Position numbers and translations under genes: made by a program. Positions 12,506-22,865 of a DNA stretch of 64,000 bases are shown here, piece by piece (the first letter of the stretch is position 1; each line of letters begins with the position of its first letter). Source of the stretch: Acidobacteriota bacterium (lineage in GTDB: Bacteria; Acidobacteriota; UBA6911; RPQK01; JAJDTT01); NCBI GenBank assembly GCA_965219855.1, contig CBDCOR010000026.1:261940-325939 (forward strand). Reading direction: 5' to 3'. The notes beneath the pieces were generated by a model, which was not told where the DNA came from, made no database searches, and worked only from the letters and a program-made list of their open reading frames with translations.

Positions 12506-13324
12506 TTAGCCTTCGAGCTGAACCAGGTCGGATCCGGTCGAGCAGGCCATTGGGACCTGGTCGTCCTCTGTCGATCTGAGAGACAAATGGGGACTTCCTA
12601 TCTGAACTCCCAGCCTTCGACACTCGAACCTTAGAAATTCGGAAAGGAGCGCTCCCGTGTTGCCCAGAAAACCTTCCGGATCATGCTTCTCCAATTGGAA
12701 ACCAAGGGCCCTCCCGAAGCGTCCCAGGTCTTCTCGCAAGAAAAGTTTCGTTACCCCGATGCTGGCTTCCGCCATCGCATCATCCCGCTGTTCCAGAGCA
12801 TAAGCCTCCTTTAGAGTCAGAAAGGCAGCGAATTCCAACTCACAGCTAATGTGATCGGATCGCTCCCGCTCCTCCACTCTCGGCTTGAGTCCGAAGACTG
12901 AGTAGAGTCCACTCAGGTTGGCTAGCTGTTGCGTCTGCTGAAACAGCTCCTTGTGTCCATACTCCGTCTCATAGGGGCAGACCAGCCCCCGCGCCGTGTG
13001 GCCGAACATTCGGCTGTGGAGGCTCTCGAAGGACTCCAGGCTGAGGTCGGAGGTTACTTTCGCCCAGGCGCTCGCTCGCCCAGTCAGATCGAGTTGGCAA
13101 GGCTCTTCGAAGCTGTCGAAGCTTTCCGGATCGATGTTCGGATCACTGGCATCCAGCAGGCAACTAGCCTCTATGACCCCCTGGCTCTGAAGTGATCGAA
13201 GGGTGTGAAGGGTGTCGACGGTTGGCTGGTAAAACGCCAGCGATAGGGTCTCGTACAGAGTGGATCGGCAGAGGGCAATATCTCTTTGAGCTGTCGGGGC
13301 GTCTTCAGTCAGTTGAACGCTCAT
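12506..13324 (-). CDS. TorD/DmsD-family molybdoenzyme maturation chaperone
   Basis: CPYETEY and ERSDHISCELEF motifs; next to the beta subunit. Confidence 0.9.
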   Translation of the reverse strand: MSVQLTEDAPTAQRDIALCRSTLYETLSLAFYQPTVDTLHTLRSLQSQGVIEASCLLDASDPNIDPESFDSFEEPCQLDLTGRASAWAKVTSDLSLESFESLHSRMFGHTARGLVCPYETEYGHKELFQQTQQLANLSGLYSVFGLKPRVEERERSDHISCELEFAAFLTLKEAYALEQRDDAMAEASIGVTKLFLREDLGRFGRALGFQLEKHDPEGFLGNTGALLSEFLRFECRRLGVQIGSPHLSLRSTEDDQVPMACSTGSDLVQLEG

Positions 13325-13384
13325 CAGTGTTCTCCTCCCGGGAAGCGACCCTTCGTTCGGTCGGGCGGTTCCGTCTCAGTACAC

Positions 13385-14653
13385 TCAGATCGAGTTGTGG
13401 TGTTTGGAGTTACGCACGTGGATCGGCTCTTCGATCTTGGTTCTAAAGAGTTCCTGGCCTTCCTTTCCGAAGGCGATTACAGTGTCGTCGTAGATTTGGA
13501 CCGGCTTTCCGCGGTAGGTTCCCTCATAGACCAAGGGGCCTTCCTCCATTTCATAGCGATAGATGATCAGGTTGGAACGGCGGAACAACTGAAGCACGGC
13601 CAGCAGCTCTCGGTCCGGATTGGTGTATCGTTCCACGGCCCGATCGACGCCTGGTCCGAACATTTGTTTGAGATAGGGTCTCGGAACCCAGCGCGGCGGG
13701 ATGTAGTAGCCGTTGGGAGCCGTGCCCAGTTGGGGGTACAGAGGCAGCGCCACTTTGGCTACGTGAATCAGGTAGTAGAGTGGATTCTGGCGGTCTTCGG
13801 CCCAGATCCCATCCGCTTTCATCTTCACCAGCCCTTGCATGCGCATCTGACCGATGCAGGCGGCCATGCACCGGGTTTCCATGGGCTGCCCGTCGCTTTC
13901 GGGGTCGGTTCCTTCGACTCGTGGATAGCAGGCCACACACTTCTCTGAAATCCGTGTATTGCCCCGATACATCACTTTCTTGTAGGGGCAGGCCTCGACG
14001 CACTTGCGATAGCCCCGGCACTCCTTCTGGTCTACCAGAACGATGCCGTCTTCGGCGCGCTTGTAGATCGCCTTTCGGGGGCACGCAGCCAGGCAGGCAG
14101 GATAGCTGCAATGGTTGCAGATACGGGCCAGATAGAAGAACCAGCTGCTGTGAACGGGAAGTTCGGCCCCGTTCGGATCGAACTGATTGGGCACTCCCTT
14201 CTTTCCAACTGGATTGTCTTCGTAGATGTTGGGAGAGTTCCACTCTTCGTCGCTGGGGAGATACCCCAAGACCCGCGCGCTCTCGGGATCGAGGGTCTTT
14301 TCGGCAGCTTCGAAGATGGTCTTGCCGCCAAACTCCCCATAGGGGGCCTCGACGTCATCGGCGACTGACCCTTTCCATTTCTGCCCATCGGGATTGGCCT
14401 GGTGGAGCTTTTCCAGAATTTTTACATCCCAGGACTGGGGGTATCCGCCGTAGGGTTTGGTCTCGACGTTGGCCCACCACATGTGCTCCTGACCCTTGCT
14501 GAAGGTCCAGGTTGATTTGCAGGCCATGGTGCAAGTCTGACAGGCGATACAGCGGTTGATGTTGAACACGAAGGCGAACTGACGATCCGGGAACTTCGCT
14601 TGGTAGGGGTAGCCCATCTCCCGTCCGAGTTGCCAGTTGTAGACTTCACTCAT
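13385..14653 (-). CDS. nxrB: Nitrite oxidoreductase/nitrate reductase beta (Fe-S) subunit, Nitrospira/anammox type
   Basis: EVYNWQLGR..YPY, FVFNINRCIACQTCTMACKSTW, RICNHCSYPAC, CRGYRKCVEACPYKK, EKCVACYPR. Confidence 0.88.
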   Translation of the reverse strand: MSEVYNWQLGREMGYPYQAKFPDRQFAFVFNINRCIACQTCTMACKSTWTFSKGQEHMWWANVETKPYGGYPQSWDVKILEKLHQANPDGQKWKGSVADDVEAPYGEFGGKTIFEAAEKTLDPESARVLGYLPSDEEWNSPNIYEDNPVGKKGVPNQFDPNGAELPVHSSWFFYLARICNHCSYPACLAACPRKAIYKRAEDGIVLVDQKECRGYRKCVEACPYKKVMYRGNTRISEKCVACYPRVEGTDPESDGQPMETRCMAACIGQMRMQGLVKMKADGIWAEDRQNPLYYLIHVAKVALPLYPQLGTAPNGYYIPPRWVPRPYLKQMFGPGVDRAVERYTNPDRELLAVLQLFRRSNLIIYRYEMEEGPLVYEGTYRGKPVQIYDDTVIAFGKEGQELFRTKIEEPIHVRNSKHHNSI

Positions 14654-14656
14654 ATG

Positions 14657-14989
14657 TCACCTCTCGCTTTCACTGTTGCTGGGCACCTGGAGTTGGATCA
14701 GGGGCGATTCGCTGATTTCCCGGTCGATTACTCGAATGTTTCCCCAGACCTGGCAGGCTTCGTTTACGATCGCCGTGATTCGATCTTCTCCCAACAGCCG
14801 CCAGGCCTGGTGGGCGCTTCTATAGAACGGGTTCCGGAACAGATGGACCAGTCGCTGCTCACTGAAGCCCAAGCGGGCAAATTCCTCGGCAAATACATAG
14901 GCCATGTCCAGGTGGGTTTCGGCGTCGGCTAGAAATCCAACTCCCACCAGTTCTTGTGGATCCTGTGGGTCCGCTTCCTTGTAGGGCAT
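14657..14989 (-). CDS. Small hypothetical protein between the alpha and beta subunit genes
   Basis: DPQELVGV, FAEEFARLG, LFRNPFY; GGAGG RBS. Confidence 0.75.
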   Translation of the reverse strand: MPYKEADPQDPQELVGVGFLADAETHLDMAYVFAEEFARLGFSEQRLVHLFRNPFYRSAHQAWRLLGEDRITAIVNEACQVWGNIRVIDREISESPLIQLQVPSNSESER

Positions 14990-14997
14990 CTGTCCTC

Positions 14998-17900
14998 CTA
15001 GGTGGTCAGCTCTCCAGCTAGATAGAGGGTCATCGTCTCGTTCTCGTTGTCGGGGGTGTAGCCGGTGGTGGCCGGCTTCCAGATTCCCTTGCCTCCCATC
15101 CCGCCGTGCTCAGCCTTGCTCACCCGTACCAGGGTCTCTTTGGGGACGGAGTTGATGGCATGGTTGTCGGTTTCGCCTCCGAACAGAAATCCCATGAAAA
15201 CCTTGGACTTGTGAAACAGGGTGTCGGTCTGGTGCATGGGCATATGCCAGTTGCGGGTCACCGACTGCTGCGAGCCGTAGCGTAGATTGGCTTGATATCC
15301 AGTGTTTTCTGAAAGAGCCCGTCCATCGGGACGCGTCTCGTGGGCCTTCACGCTCTTCTCCGTGGCAATGAAGGGAGCGTGCTTCATCATGATGGTGTTG
15401 TAGGGATAGGCGTGGTTGTATTTCACCCTCAGCATGCAGCGCGCCACCCGATAGAAGGGATCCTTGGGATTGGCGTTGAGATAGGGGCGGTCGGCCGGGT
15501 TGGCATCGACGTACACGTAGTCCCCATCATTGATCCCCAGATCGCGCGCCGTGGCTGGGTTGAGGTGCAGCTGATGTTCTCCGACGCAGGGAGCGCGTTT
15601 GTCCAGTCGATAGGGATCCCCGAAGTTCGAGTCGAACAGCATGTGCCAGTCCACGTTGGACCAACCACTGTGGACCCGATGACGCGTCTTGGGCGTCAGA
15701 CAGTAGAATTGGTAGCCCTTCTCCCAGAGAAAATTCTTGGTTTTCTTGGCTTGGGACCAGGGCATCTTGACGTTACGGATGGTGCGCCGATCCCAGTGTT
15801 CATCGGATGCCGATATTCCATAGTCCTCGGGGCGCACGTAGGGGTTGGAGCTGACGATCACATTGGGCATATAGGGAGTGGCCTCCGGGCCTTCCCGGTG
15901 CACAATGAAGTTCTCTCCATATTCGATGGCTTCGGGGATATCGGAATAGGTATGCAGCCTGCCCGTGTCGGTGTAGAAGGGCTCGCCGTCATGGATCTGT
16001 TCGTAGAAGGGAATCCGAGGATAGGTGCGGAAGTTCAGGAGCGCTCCTCCAGAGGGACCGTAGCGTCCGGCCAGGATGTCCTCTAGCTTGTATCCCGCCG
16101 TTGTGGTGCAGCTGTCGAGCAGTCTTTGGAGGTAGAGGTGGCGCTTTCCTTCCAGCTCGAATTTGAAATAGTCCCGGAAACGCTGATCACCGGTTAGCTC
16201 ATACAGGGCCTGGGCAATCCCAGCCAGGATGCTTAGATCATCCTTGCTGTTAAAGACGGGGGAAATACCTCCCTTCCAGATTTGCAGGAACGGATTGGAG
16301 CAGCTGGCGGTGACCTCCAGGTCTTCGAATTCCAGCCAGGAGTTCGCCGGCAGGGCCAGGTCGGCGTACTCGATCGAGGCGGTCATCTGGATGTCCAGGG
16401 AGACGATCATCTCGATATTGGGATTGACGTTCTTGATCATCTCATAGGCCCACTTGGCGTTGTTGATGAGGTTGACGTTGTTGAAGATGATGGCCTTGGT
16501 GGGCGTCGGCATGTGGGTTTCCCCGGTGAAGTTCTTGCGCCCAAACCGGGGAGTGTCGACGATGAGCGCCTTGTCGCCGTGATTCCAGTAGGCCGGTTCC
16601 TCGCCCTTGGCGCAGGGTCGCAGGCGGACGTCCTTTCCGGAAGCCTCGGGGTCCAGTTGAGGATCGAAGGGATCTTCTGCCACCCAACCTTTGAACCCCG
16701 GACCGCTCCAGGCAGACCCCTGAAATATGGCGGCCTTGTAGTTCCCGGCCCAGGTATGAGAGCCGGCACCAGGCTTCCCGATGTTTCCGGTCAACATCAG
16801 CGGAAGGTAGGAGGTGCGGTTCATTTCTGTGGCATGAAACCAGTGGTTGATTCCCTCACCCTGGTGTATGGCTACCGGCTTGATCTGAGCGATGTCCTCG
16901 GCCAATCGCTCTACCAGCTTGCGGGGAGCGGAGGTGATTTCACAGACAGTATCCAGGTCGTAATCCTTCAGGTGGGTTTGGTACAGGGTCCAGAGGCTGG
17001 CCACCCGAACCTTGCCACCATCGGCCAGGGGCACGGTCCAGGTCCCATCCAGCACCGGATCATGCGGCATTTGCTGGTTTATCTGATCCCGGGTAATGGC
17101 TCGAGGCGCGTCCGCTTTGGCGTCCCACACCACGAAATCCCCCAGCTTCTGGTGCTGCTCCTCAGTGAAGCCATGGATCTTCATCGACGGTCCTTGGGCA
17201 GACAGCTCACTCTTGTAGTCGGCAAAGATCTCGTGAGCGCGCAGGCGCTTCAGGTTGTCGGTTCGCACCAGGAGGGGGAAATCAGTGAAGCGCTTGACGA
17301 AATCTTCGTCGTATTCCTTGCGATCGATCAGCAGTTTGGTGATACCCAGCCAAAGGGCCGCGTCCGAGGCAGGTCGAATGGGAATCCAATAGTCAGCCTT
17401 GGTCGAAGGTGGGCTGTACTCGGGGGAGATGACGACGATTTTTCCCCCTCGCTCCATGCACTCGATAAACCAGTGGGAATCGGTGAGCTTGTTTTCGACC
17501 AGGTTCTTCCCATCCATGATGATCAGCTTGGAGAAGCGCAGGTCGTTGAAATCGCAGTCCGAGGTCTGGAGTCCATGAACCCAGGGATGCCCCGGTGCCT
17601 GATCTCCGTGCCAGGTATAGTTGGACCAGTTTCGGCCAGCCTTGGCCTCCTCCGGCTTTACCTTGCGAACCAGGGTATCGAGCAGGGCCAGGGAATTGTT
17701 GAGACGGTACAACCCATACTTCCCCAAGACCCCCAACAGGCCCATCCCTCCACGCATCTTGATGCAGCGGGTTCCCGCGCCACCGGCGGCCTCCACCATT
17801 TCAGGCTGGTATCCCTGCGCCAGGAGCCTTTTCTTGCCTACCTCACCGCTGTAGCTATTGGCGATGGCGTGCAAGGTCTTGGCGACGCTCCGAAACGCGT

Positions 17901-18220
17901 TTTCCCATGTGATCTGGACGAATTCGTCCTGGCCCCGTGCATCGAAGAGGTATTTCGATTTCAGCTCAGGGGTCAAGGGCGGGCAGCCCGCATCCACCCA
18001 GGATTTCCAGCCCCTGCGCACGATGGGATGGCGGAGCCGGTAGGGTCCGTACAAGACCCGGTGAAAGGTGTAGCCTTTGGCGCACTGGCGTGGGTTCCAG
18101 TTGGCGGTGGCATGGTTGCCGTAAAGATCTGCGTAGTTCTGGTAGTCGTAGGTCGATCCGCTGCGCGTCACGATCCCGTTGCGTACGTAGGCCCGTATGC
18201 GGCAGGCGTGGGTGTCGTTG
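14998..18220 (-). pseudogene. nxrA: Nitrite oxidoreductase/nitrate reductase alpha (Mo-bisPGD) subunit, Nitrospira/anammox type, 5'-truncated
   Basis: NDTHACRIRAYVRNG, NPRQCAKGYTFHR, NYTWHGDQAPG, TPKTRHRVHS; homology stops at 18220 with no Tat leader or C-S-P preceding NDTH. Confidence 0.85.
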
Positions 18221-18640
18221 TCGTTACCCAGGTGGCCCCGTTCGGTCAGGTGGCATGGTCGCTGCTCAATCCGGGTAAGGAGTGCCAAGGCCTGACTCCC
18301 CATCTGTTCCGTAACCAGTCCGGCGGCAGTTTTATCGAGCTCACGGCCGAGGTGGGTTTGTCTCGCTGCTACGGCACGGTCGACGCGGCCGCGGTCGATG
18401 TGGACGCCGACGGATGGACCGACCTGATACTGGCCAATGGGGGTTTCGACGAGGATCTGGTTCAGCCTAGCGTCCTCTTACACAACCAGCAAGGAAAGAG
18501 CTTCTCGGAGATCTATCTGCCTTCCTTCGACAGGCCAGCTCGGGCACAAGGAGTCCGTGCACGAGACCCGGGCAAAGACGGCCTTCCCCAGATCTATCTC
18601 GAAGAAGTGGGGGCGTTTCAGCGTCGCAAGCGCTGTTCTG
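18221..18640 (+). pseudogene. C-terminal fragment of an FG-GAP/VCBS (CRTAC1-like) repeat protein
   Basis: LFRNQSGGSFIELTAEVGL, DVDADGWTDLILANG, LLHNQQGKSF. Confidence 0.75.
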
Positions 18641-18712
18641 GAACTGCTTACGACCGATCGGAGCCCACCCAGGCCAATTGGCCCCGGAACTGCTGTCAGA
18701 CTTCGTTAGCTA

Positions 18713-20391
18713 GTGCCCGTCCGGAAATGTGTAAGTAATTGATAAGGAAGGGGAAAGAGGGCTTTTTCAAGCTCCGAAACTGTCAGGGCCGTTTGCTAGA
18801 CTATTTGGTGCAAACAATTAGACTAAAACGACTTACGACGATTTCAGGAGTTCGAAGATGCGTAAAAAGCGTGAAAAACAACGCCCCCTTTCCCCGCAAT
18901 GGCCCGATCACCAGCTGGCCCATGAATTGAAGGTGATCTCGCGCATCCTGGACGACAATCCCCAGACGCTGGAGCTGATAGTACAAGATCTCTCTGACAG
19001 GGTCGATTCCGGTGTTGGCGCCCCCGGTTTGACGGCCGAGCAGGTGCTGCGTTGCGCCGTCATCAAACAGCTGCATCAGTTCAGCTATCGCAAGCTGGAG
19101 TTTCATCTGGTGGATTCGCAAAGCTGTCAGAGGTTCTGTCGCTTGCCCTATGGGGCGTCGATCAGCAAAGCCACCCTGGCGGAGAACCTGGGGAAGATTG
19201 AGCCGGGGACTTGGAAGGCGATCAACGACCACTTGGTGCTCTGGGCGCAGGCTCGGGGTCTGGAAAAAGGCCAACGGATTCGGGTCGATGCCACGGCGGT
19301 CGAGACGAACATCCACTATCCGCTCGACAGTGAGCTGTTGTACGACGGCATTCGAGTCGTGACCCAGTGGCTGGGGCGGCTGCGGGAGCGGGAAGGGATC
19401 GGCTTCGTCGATCATACGCGGCGGGCCAAGCGGCGCGTCCTGAACATCCGCAACCGCCGCGGCAAGAAGCGCCTGGACAGTTACCGCGATCTGATCAAAG
19501 TGGCGTCCAAGACGGCTCACTATGCCGAGCAGGCGCTGGCAGCTTCCGCGCAGTGGAGCGATCCCCTCAGTCTGGCCGTGGCGGCGCAACTGGCCCACTA
19601 TCTGGGGCTGTTGCACAAAGTCATCGAGCAGACTCAACGACGGGTCCTTTCGGGCGAGGCCGTCGCGGCCCAGGAGAAGATCTGTTCCCTCTTCGAAGAG
19701 CACACCGATATTATCAAGAAGAGCCCTCGGGAAACGGTCTTCGGCCACAAGGTGTTTGTCAGCACGGGCGCCTCGTCGCTGATCCTGGATTGTGTGGTGG
19801 AACGGGGGAATCCGGCCGACAGCAACTATGTGCAACCCTTCTTAGAGCGGCATCGACAGCTGTACGGGAAGGTCCCCCGCCAGAGCGCCTGGGATGGTGG
19901 TTTTGCCTCGGCTGCCAACCTGCGCTGGGCCAAAGAGCAGGGGGTACAGGATGTGGCCTTTTCCAAAAAGTGTGGGTTGACGGTTGAGAGCATGGTGCGT
20001 TCCAGTTGGGTCTACAAACAACTCAAACGCTTCCGCGCCGGGATTGAGGGGTGCATTGGGACCCTCAAGCACACCTTCGGTCTCCACCGCTGTAGCTGGA
20101 AAGGCTGGCCTCACTTTCAAAGCTACGTCCATGCCAGCGTCCTGACCTATAACCTGGTCGTCCTGGCCCGACTCCTGTTGTAGCCTTTTGTGGCTGACCG
20201 TACTGCCTTGTGGCTCCGACTCGGGGAGAGGTCTGCGCCGAACCGCTGCTTTTTGGCCCGCGTGCCCTCGCTCGAGGGTCCTTGCTCTGGATCGAGCTGG
20301 GTCGAGCCGGTCTGTCAGCAGTCTCAAGTATAATAAGTGTTTACGATTCAACAGATTACAGTTCTGAAAACCCCGGTTTTCGGACGGGCAC
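18713..20391 (+). mobile_element. ISNCY-family (ISDol1-like) IS, copy 1, 1679 bp, 6-bp TSD TAGCTA
   Basis: TIRs GTGCCCGTCCGGAAA / TTTTCGGACGGGCAC; TAGCTA at 18707-18712 and 20392-20397. Confidence 0.92.
18858..20183 (+). CDS. DDE transposase (ISNCY / IS5-like)
   Basis: RVDATAVETNIHYPLDS, FGHKV, WDGGF, RAGIEG. Confidence 0.93.
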   Translation: MRKKREKQRPLSPQWPDHQLAHELKVISRILDDNPQTLELIVQDLSDRVDSGVGAPGLTAEQVLRCAVIKQLHQFSYRKLEFHLVDSQSCQRFCRLPYGASISKATLAENLGKIEPGTWKAINDHLVLWAQARGLEKGQRIRVDATAVETNIHYPLDSELLYDGIRVVTQWLGRLREREGIGFVDHTRRAKRRVLNIRNRRGKKRLDSYRDLIKVASKTAHYAEQALAASAQWSDPLSLAVAAQLAHYLGLLHKVIEQTQRRVLSGEAVAAQEKICSLFEEHTDIIKKSPRETVFGHKVFVSTGASSLILDCVVERGNPADSNYVQPFLERHRQLYGKVPRQSAWDGGFASAANLRWAKEQGVQDVAFSKKCGLTVESMVRSSWVYKQLKRFRAGIEGCIGTLKHTFGLHRCSWKGWPHFQSYVHASVLTYNLVVLARLLL

Positions 20392-20396
20392 TAGCT

Positions 20397-20538
20397 AGTG
20401 GCATTGGTGCTGCAATTCTGCTCGTGATCAGCATGCGAAGTGGCAAGTTCCGGCACCAATCCCTACTCGGCTGCTGCGGCTGCCGTTGCTGCCCTCTATG
20501 GTCCCTTGCACGGCGGAGCCAACGAGGCGGTGCTGTAG
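20397..20538. pseudogene. gltA: Citrate synthase fragment with an internal micro-inversion
   Basis: Minus strand 20397-20435 [13 protein letters not shown]; plus strand ~20437-20535 [33 protein letters not shown]. Confidence 0.85.
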
Positions 20539-20594
20539 CTAGTATTCTGATTTCAATCCTTTGGCCTGGAAGGGCAGCTGATACACCAGGCCCG

Positions 20595-20852
20595 AAGTTT
20601 CTTTCTCGAATGATCCGGCGGTCCGCAGCCGGGGGCTCGGCTAACCTGAAACTTCATTGGCGAATGTAGCTTTGGCCTCCAGGCCGAAGTCTTATTTTTC
20701 CGAGCCTTTGGCTCGGACGGCGGCCTGGAGCCCACCGCTACGCCGGGACCCGGAGTTCGTTCTCGAATGGGACAGCACCGCTGGAGGGCCACTAACCTGA
20801 AACTTGATTTGGCAAGTCTGCAGGGAAGCGGGATATATCCCATTGATTTAGT
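20595..20852 (-). repeat. Modular repeat array B: unit 20595-20654, spacer S1, degenerate unit 20753-20805, S3-like spacer interrupted by IS4
   Basis: AAGTTTCTTTCTCGAAT...CTAACCTGAAACTT twice; S1 matches 34959-35057 and 55057-55153. Confidence 0.88.
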
Positions 20853-22024
20853 CAGTAGCGTCCCAGCGTTAGTCGAATAACATCAACTGTTTATGAATGT
20901 CACTATTCTGAGTAATGTAATGCATGTCCTGAAAGGCCTGTAAAATTGGGGTTTTCTCGAAGAGCGAGACACTCAGGACCTGGAGAATTGTGTAGAGCGG
21001 CAACTCGAGATAGAGGCGCTTGCGGATGATGGCGATGAGCAGGTAGGTACTGAGGGCGATCCAGATTTGTGTTTTCACGGCATTGGGACTGGTGCCGTAA
21101 AAGGCCTTGATGCGACGCAAAGGTTCGGGGTAGGCCTTGGCCGGATAGAAGGTGCTCAGCAGGACAGTTTGGTCGCAGATCAGTCCCGTCGTTCTGTCCA
21201 CCGGGTGGGAGTAGCGGCGGCGGAACTTGAAGTTGGCCTTGGCGCGGGTCACGAATAACGACCGGGCAGAATGGAGTCGGTACAGGCGCCCGAAATCCAG
21301 GTATCCGCGATCCATGATGTAGTAGGCACCGGGACAAGGAATCAGGTGGTCCAAGGCGTGGACATCGTGCAGTTTTCCGTCCGAGATCAGAACGAACTCG
21401 GGAATGGCGCCGTGCAGGTTGAGCAAGGTATGCAGTTTGATCGCCCCCTTGGTACGGCGGAAGCGCGCCCAGGGGAAGACCGAGAGGCACAGGTCGATGG
21501 TCGTGGAGTCCAAGGCATAGACGGTCGCGTTCAGGTCGACTCCCAGGTCCTCGTCGGTGTACAGGCGGCGCGCTTCGGCGATAAGCACTTGGGCAAACTC
21601 GGCATAGATGCGCCAGTCGCGCCTCTCGTTGGCATTGGACAGATTGTTGCGGGAGACCGTGGAGCGAATGCCCATGTGGAAGAGCTTGGATCTCATGGCC
21701 CGTAGGCAGGCTTCGATATCGCGCAAGCTCTCGCGATAGGTCAACTGTGCAAAGGCCATGACCCGGTAATGGTCGGCACAGCGGAACGACTTGACCTTGT
21801 AGTCGCCTCCGTAGTGCTGAACAATGCGATGAAAATGATGCCAGGGAAGATGCCGCATCACCTGAGAAAAAATCGTCGTGCCCGTGTACATGCTCGCCCT
21901 CCTTATGAACTGAAGGGCGTGAGCGTACACTCACTTTCAAGTCGGAAACACCCATTATCTTCTCTAACATATTACTCATTAATACTTTACAGAGATTAGA
22001 AACCCAAACGTTGGGACACTACTG
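20853..22024 (-). mobile_element. IS4-family IS with 8-bp TSD GATTTAGT
   Basis: TIRs CAGTAGCGTCCCAGCGTT / AACGTTGGGACACTACTG; TSD at 20845-20852 and 22025-22032. Confidence 0.92.
20869..21891 (-). pseudogene. IS4 transposase (DUF4372 + DDE) with an in-frame internal deletion
   Basis: ALDSTTIDL and MDRGY present; EPLRRIK joins directly to AFYGTS, so the Y-x2-R-x3-E-x6-K segment is absent. Confidence 0.82.
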
Positions 22025-22102
22025 GATTTAGTTATGGATTAGGGGTATTCAGGGAATCTCCCCGTCGACGGTTGTTTCCCCGAATGAACCCGCATTGCTG
22101 GC

Positions 22103-22855
22103 TCAGAGAAGGGTGGCTTTCACGTATTCGGAGCGCATGCGTGCGATGTTGGAAATCGAAATCTCCTTGGGACAAACGGCCTCACATTCACCGTGATTGG
22201 AGCAGCTCCCGAATTGCTCTTCGTCCATTCGGGCAACCATCCGGCGCACCCGCTTCTTGCCCTCGATCCTTCCCTGGGGAAGAAGGCTGAAATGGGACAC
22301 CTTGGCTCCCACGAACAGGGCCGCAGAGGCATTGGGACAGGCGGCGACGCAGGCCCCACAGCCGATGCAGGCAGATGAGTCCAGGGCTCGACCCGTCTCC
22401 TCCCTTGAAATCAGGACACTGTTGGCATCGGGCGCGGAGCCTGTGTTCACCGAGACGTACCCGCCTGCCGCCACGATTCGGTCGAAGGCACTGCGATCCA
22501 CTATCAGGTCCTTGACGATCGGAAAAGCCTTGGCTCTCCAGGGTTCTACGATGATCGTGTCCCCGTCCTGGAAATGCCGCATGTGGAGCTGACATACGCT
22601 GGTCGCCCGCAGCGGACCGTGTGCAACTCCGTTGATGACCATGCCACAGCTCCCACAGATCCCCTCCCGACAGTCGCTGTCGTACTCCAGCGCTTCTTCC
22701 CCTTTTTGAAGCAGGTCCTGGTTGAGCATATCCAACATTTCCAGGAAGGACATACTTGGCGAGATTTCCGTTACCTTGTAATCGACCAGTTTTCCAGGCG
22801 CATCAGGGCCCGGTTGTCGCCAGATCCTTAGAGTGAGAGCGAGACCTTTCCCCAT
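22103..22855 (-). CDS. sdhB: Succinate dehydrogenase/fumarate reductase Fe-S subunit
   Basis: [34 protein letters not shown]. Confidence 0.96.
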   Translation of the reverse strand: MGKGLALTLRIWRQPGPDAPGKLVDYKVTEISPSMSFLEMLDMLNQDLLQKGEEALEYDSDCREGICGSCGMVINGVAHGPLRATSVCQLHMRHFQDGDTIIVEPWRAKAFPIVKDLIVDRSAFDRIVAAGGYVSVNTGSAPDANSVLISREETGRALDSSACIGCGACVAACPNASAALFVGAKVSHFSLLPQGRIEGKKRVRRMVARMDEEQFGSCSNHGECEAVCPKEISISNIARMRSEYVKATLL

Positions 22856-22865
22856 GGAACCTCCG

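Noticed and set aside
16282-18220. 818-aa plus-strand ORF as a real gene
   Set aside because: Antisense shadow of the nxrA-like gene; only the part after 18221 is a genuine FG-GAP fragment
18221-18303. ORF-track N-terminus MGSQALALL... of the alpha subunit
   Set aside because: Antisense read of the fused FG-GAP fragment; no Tat motif
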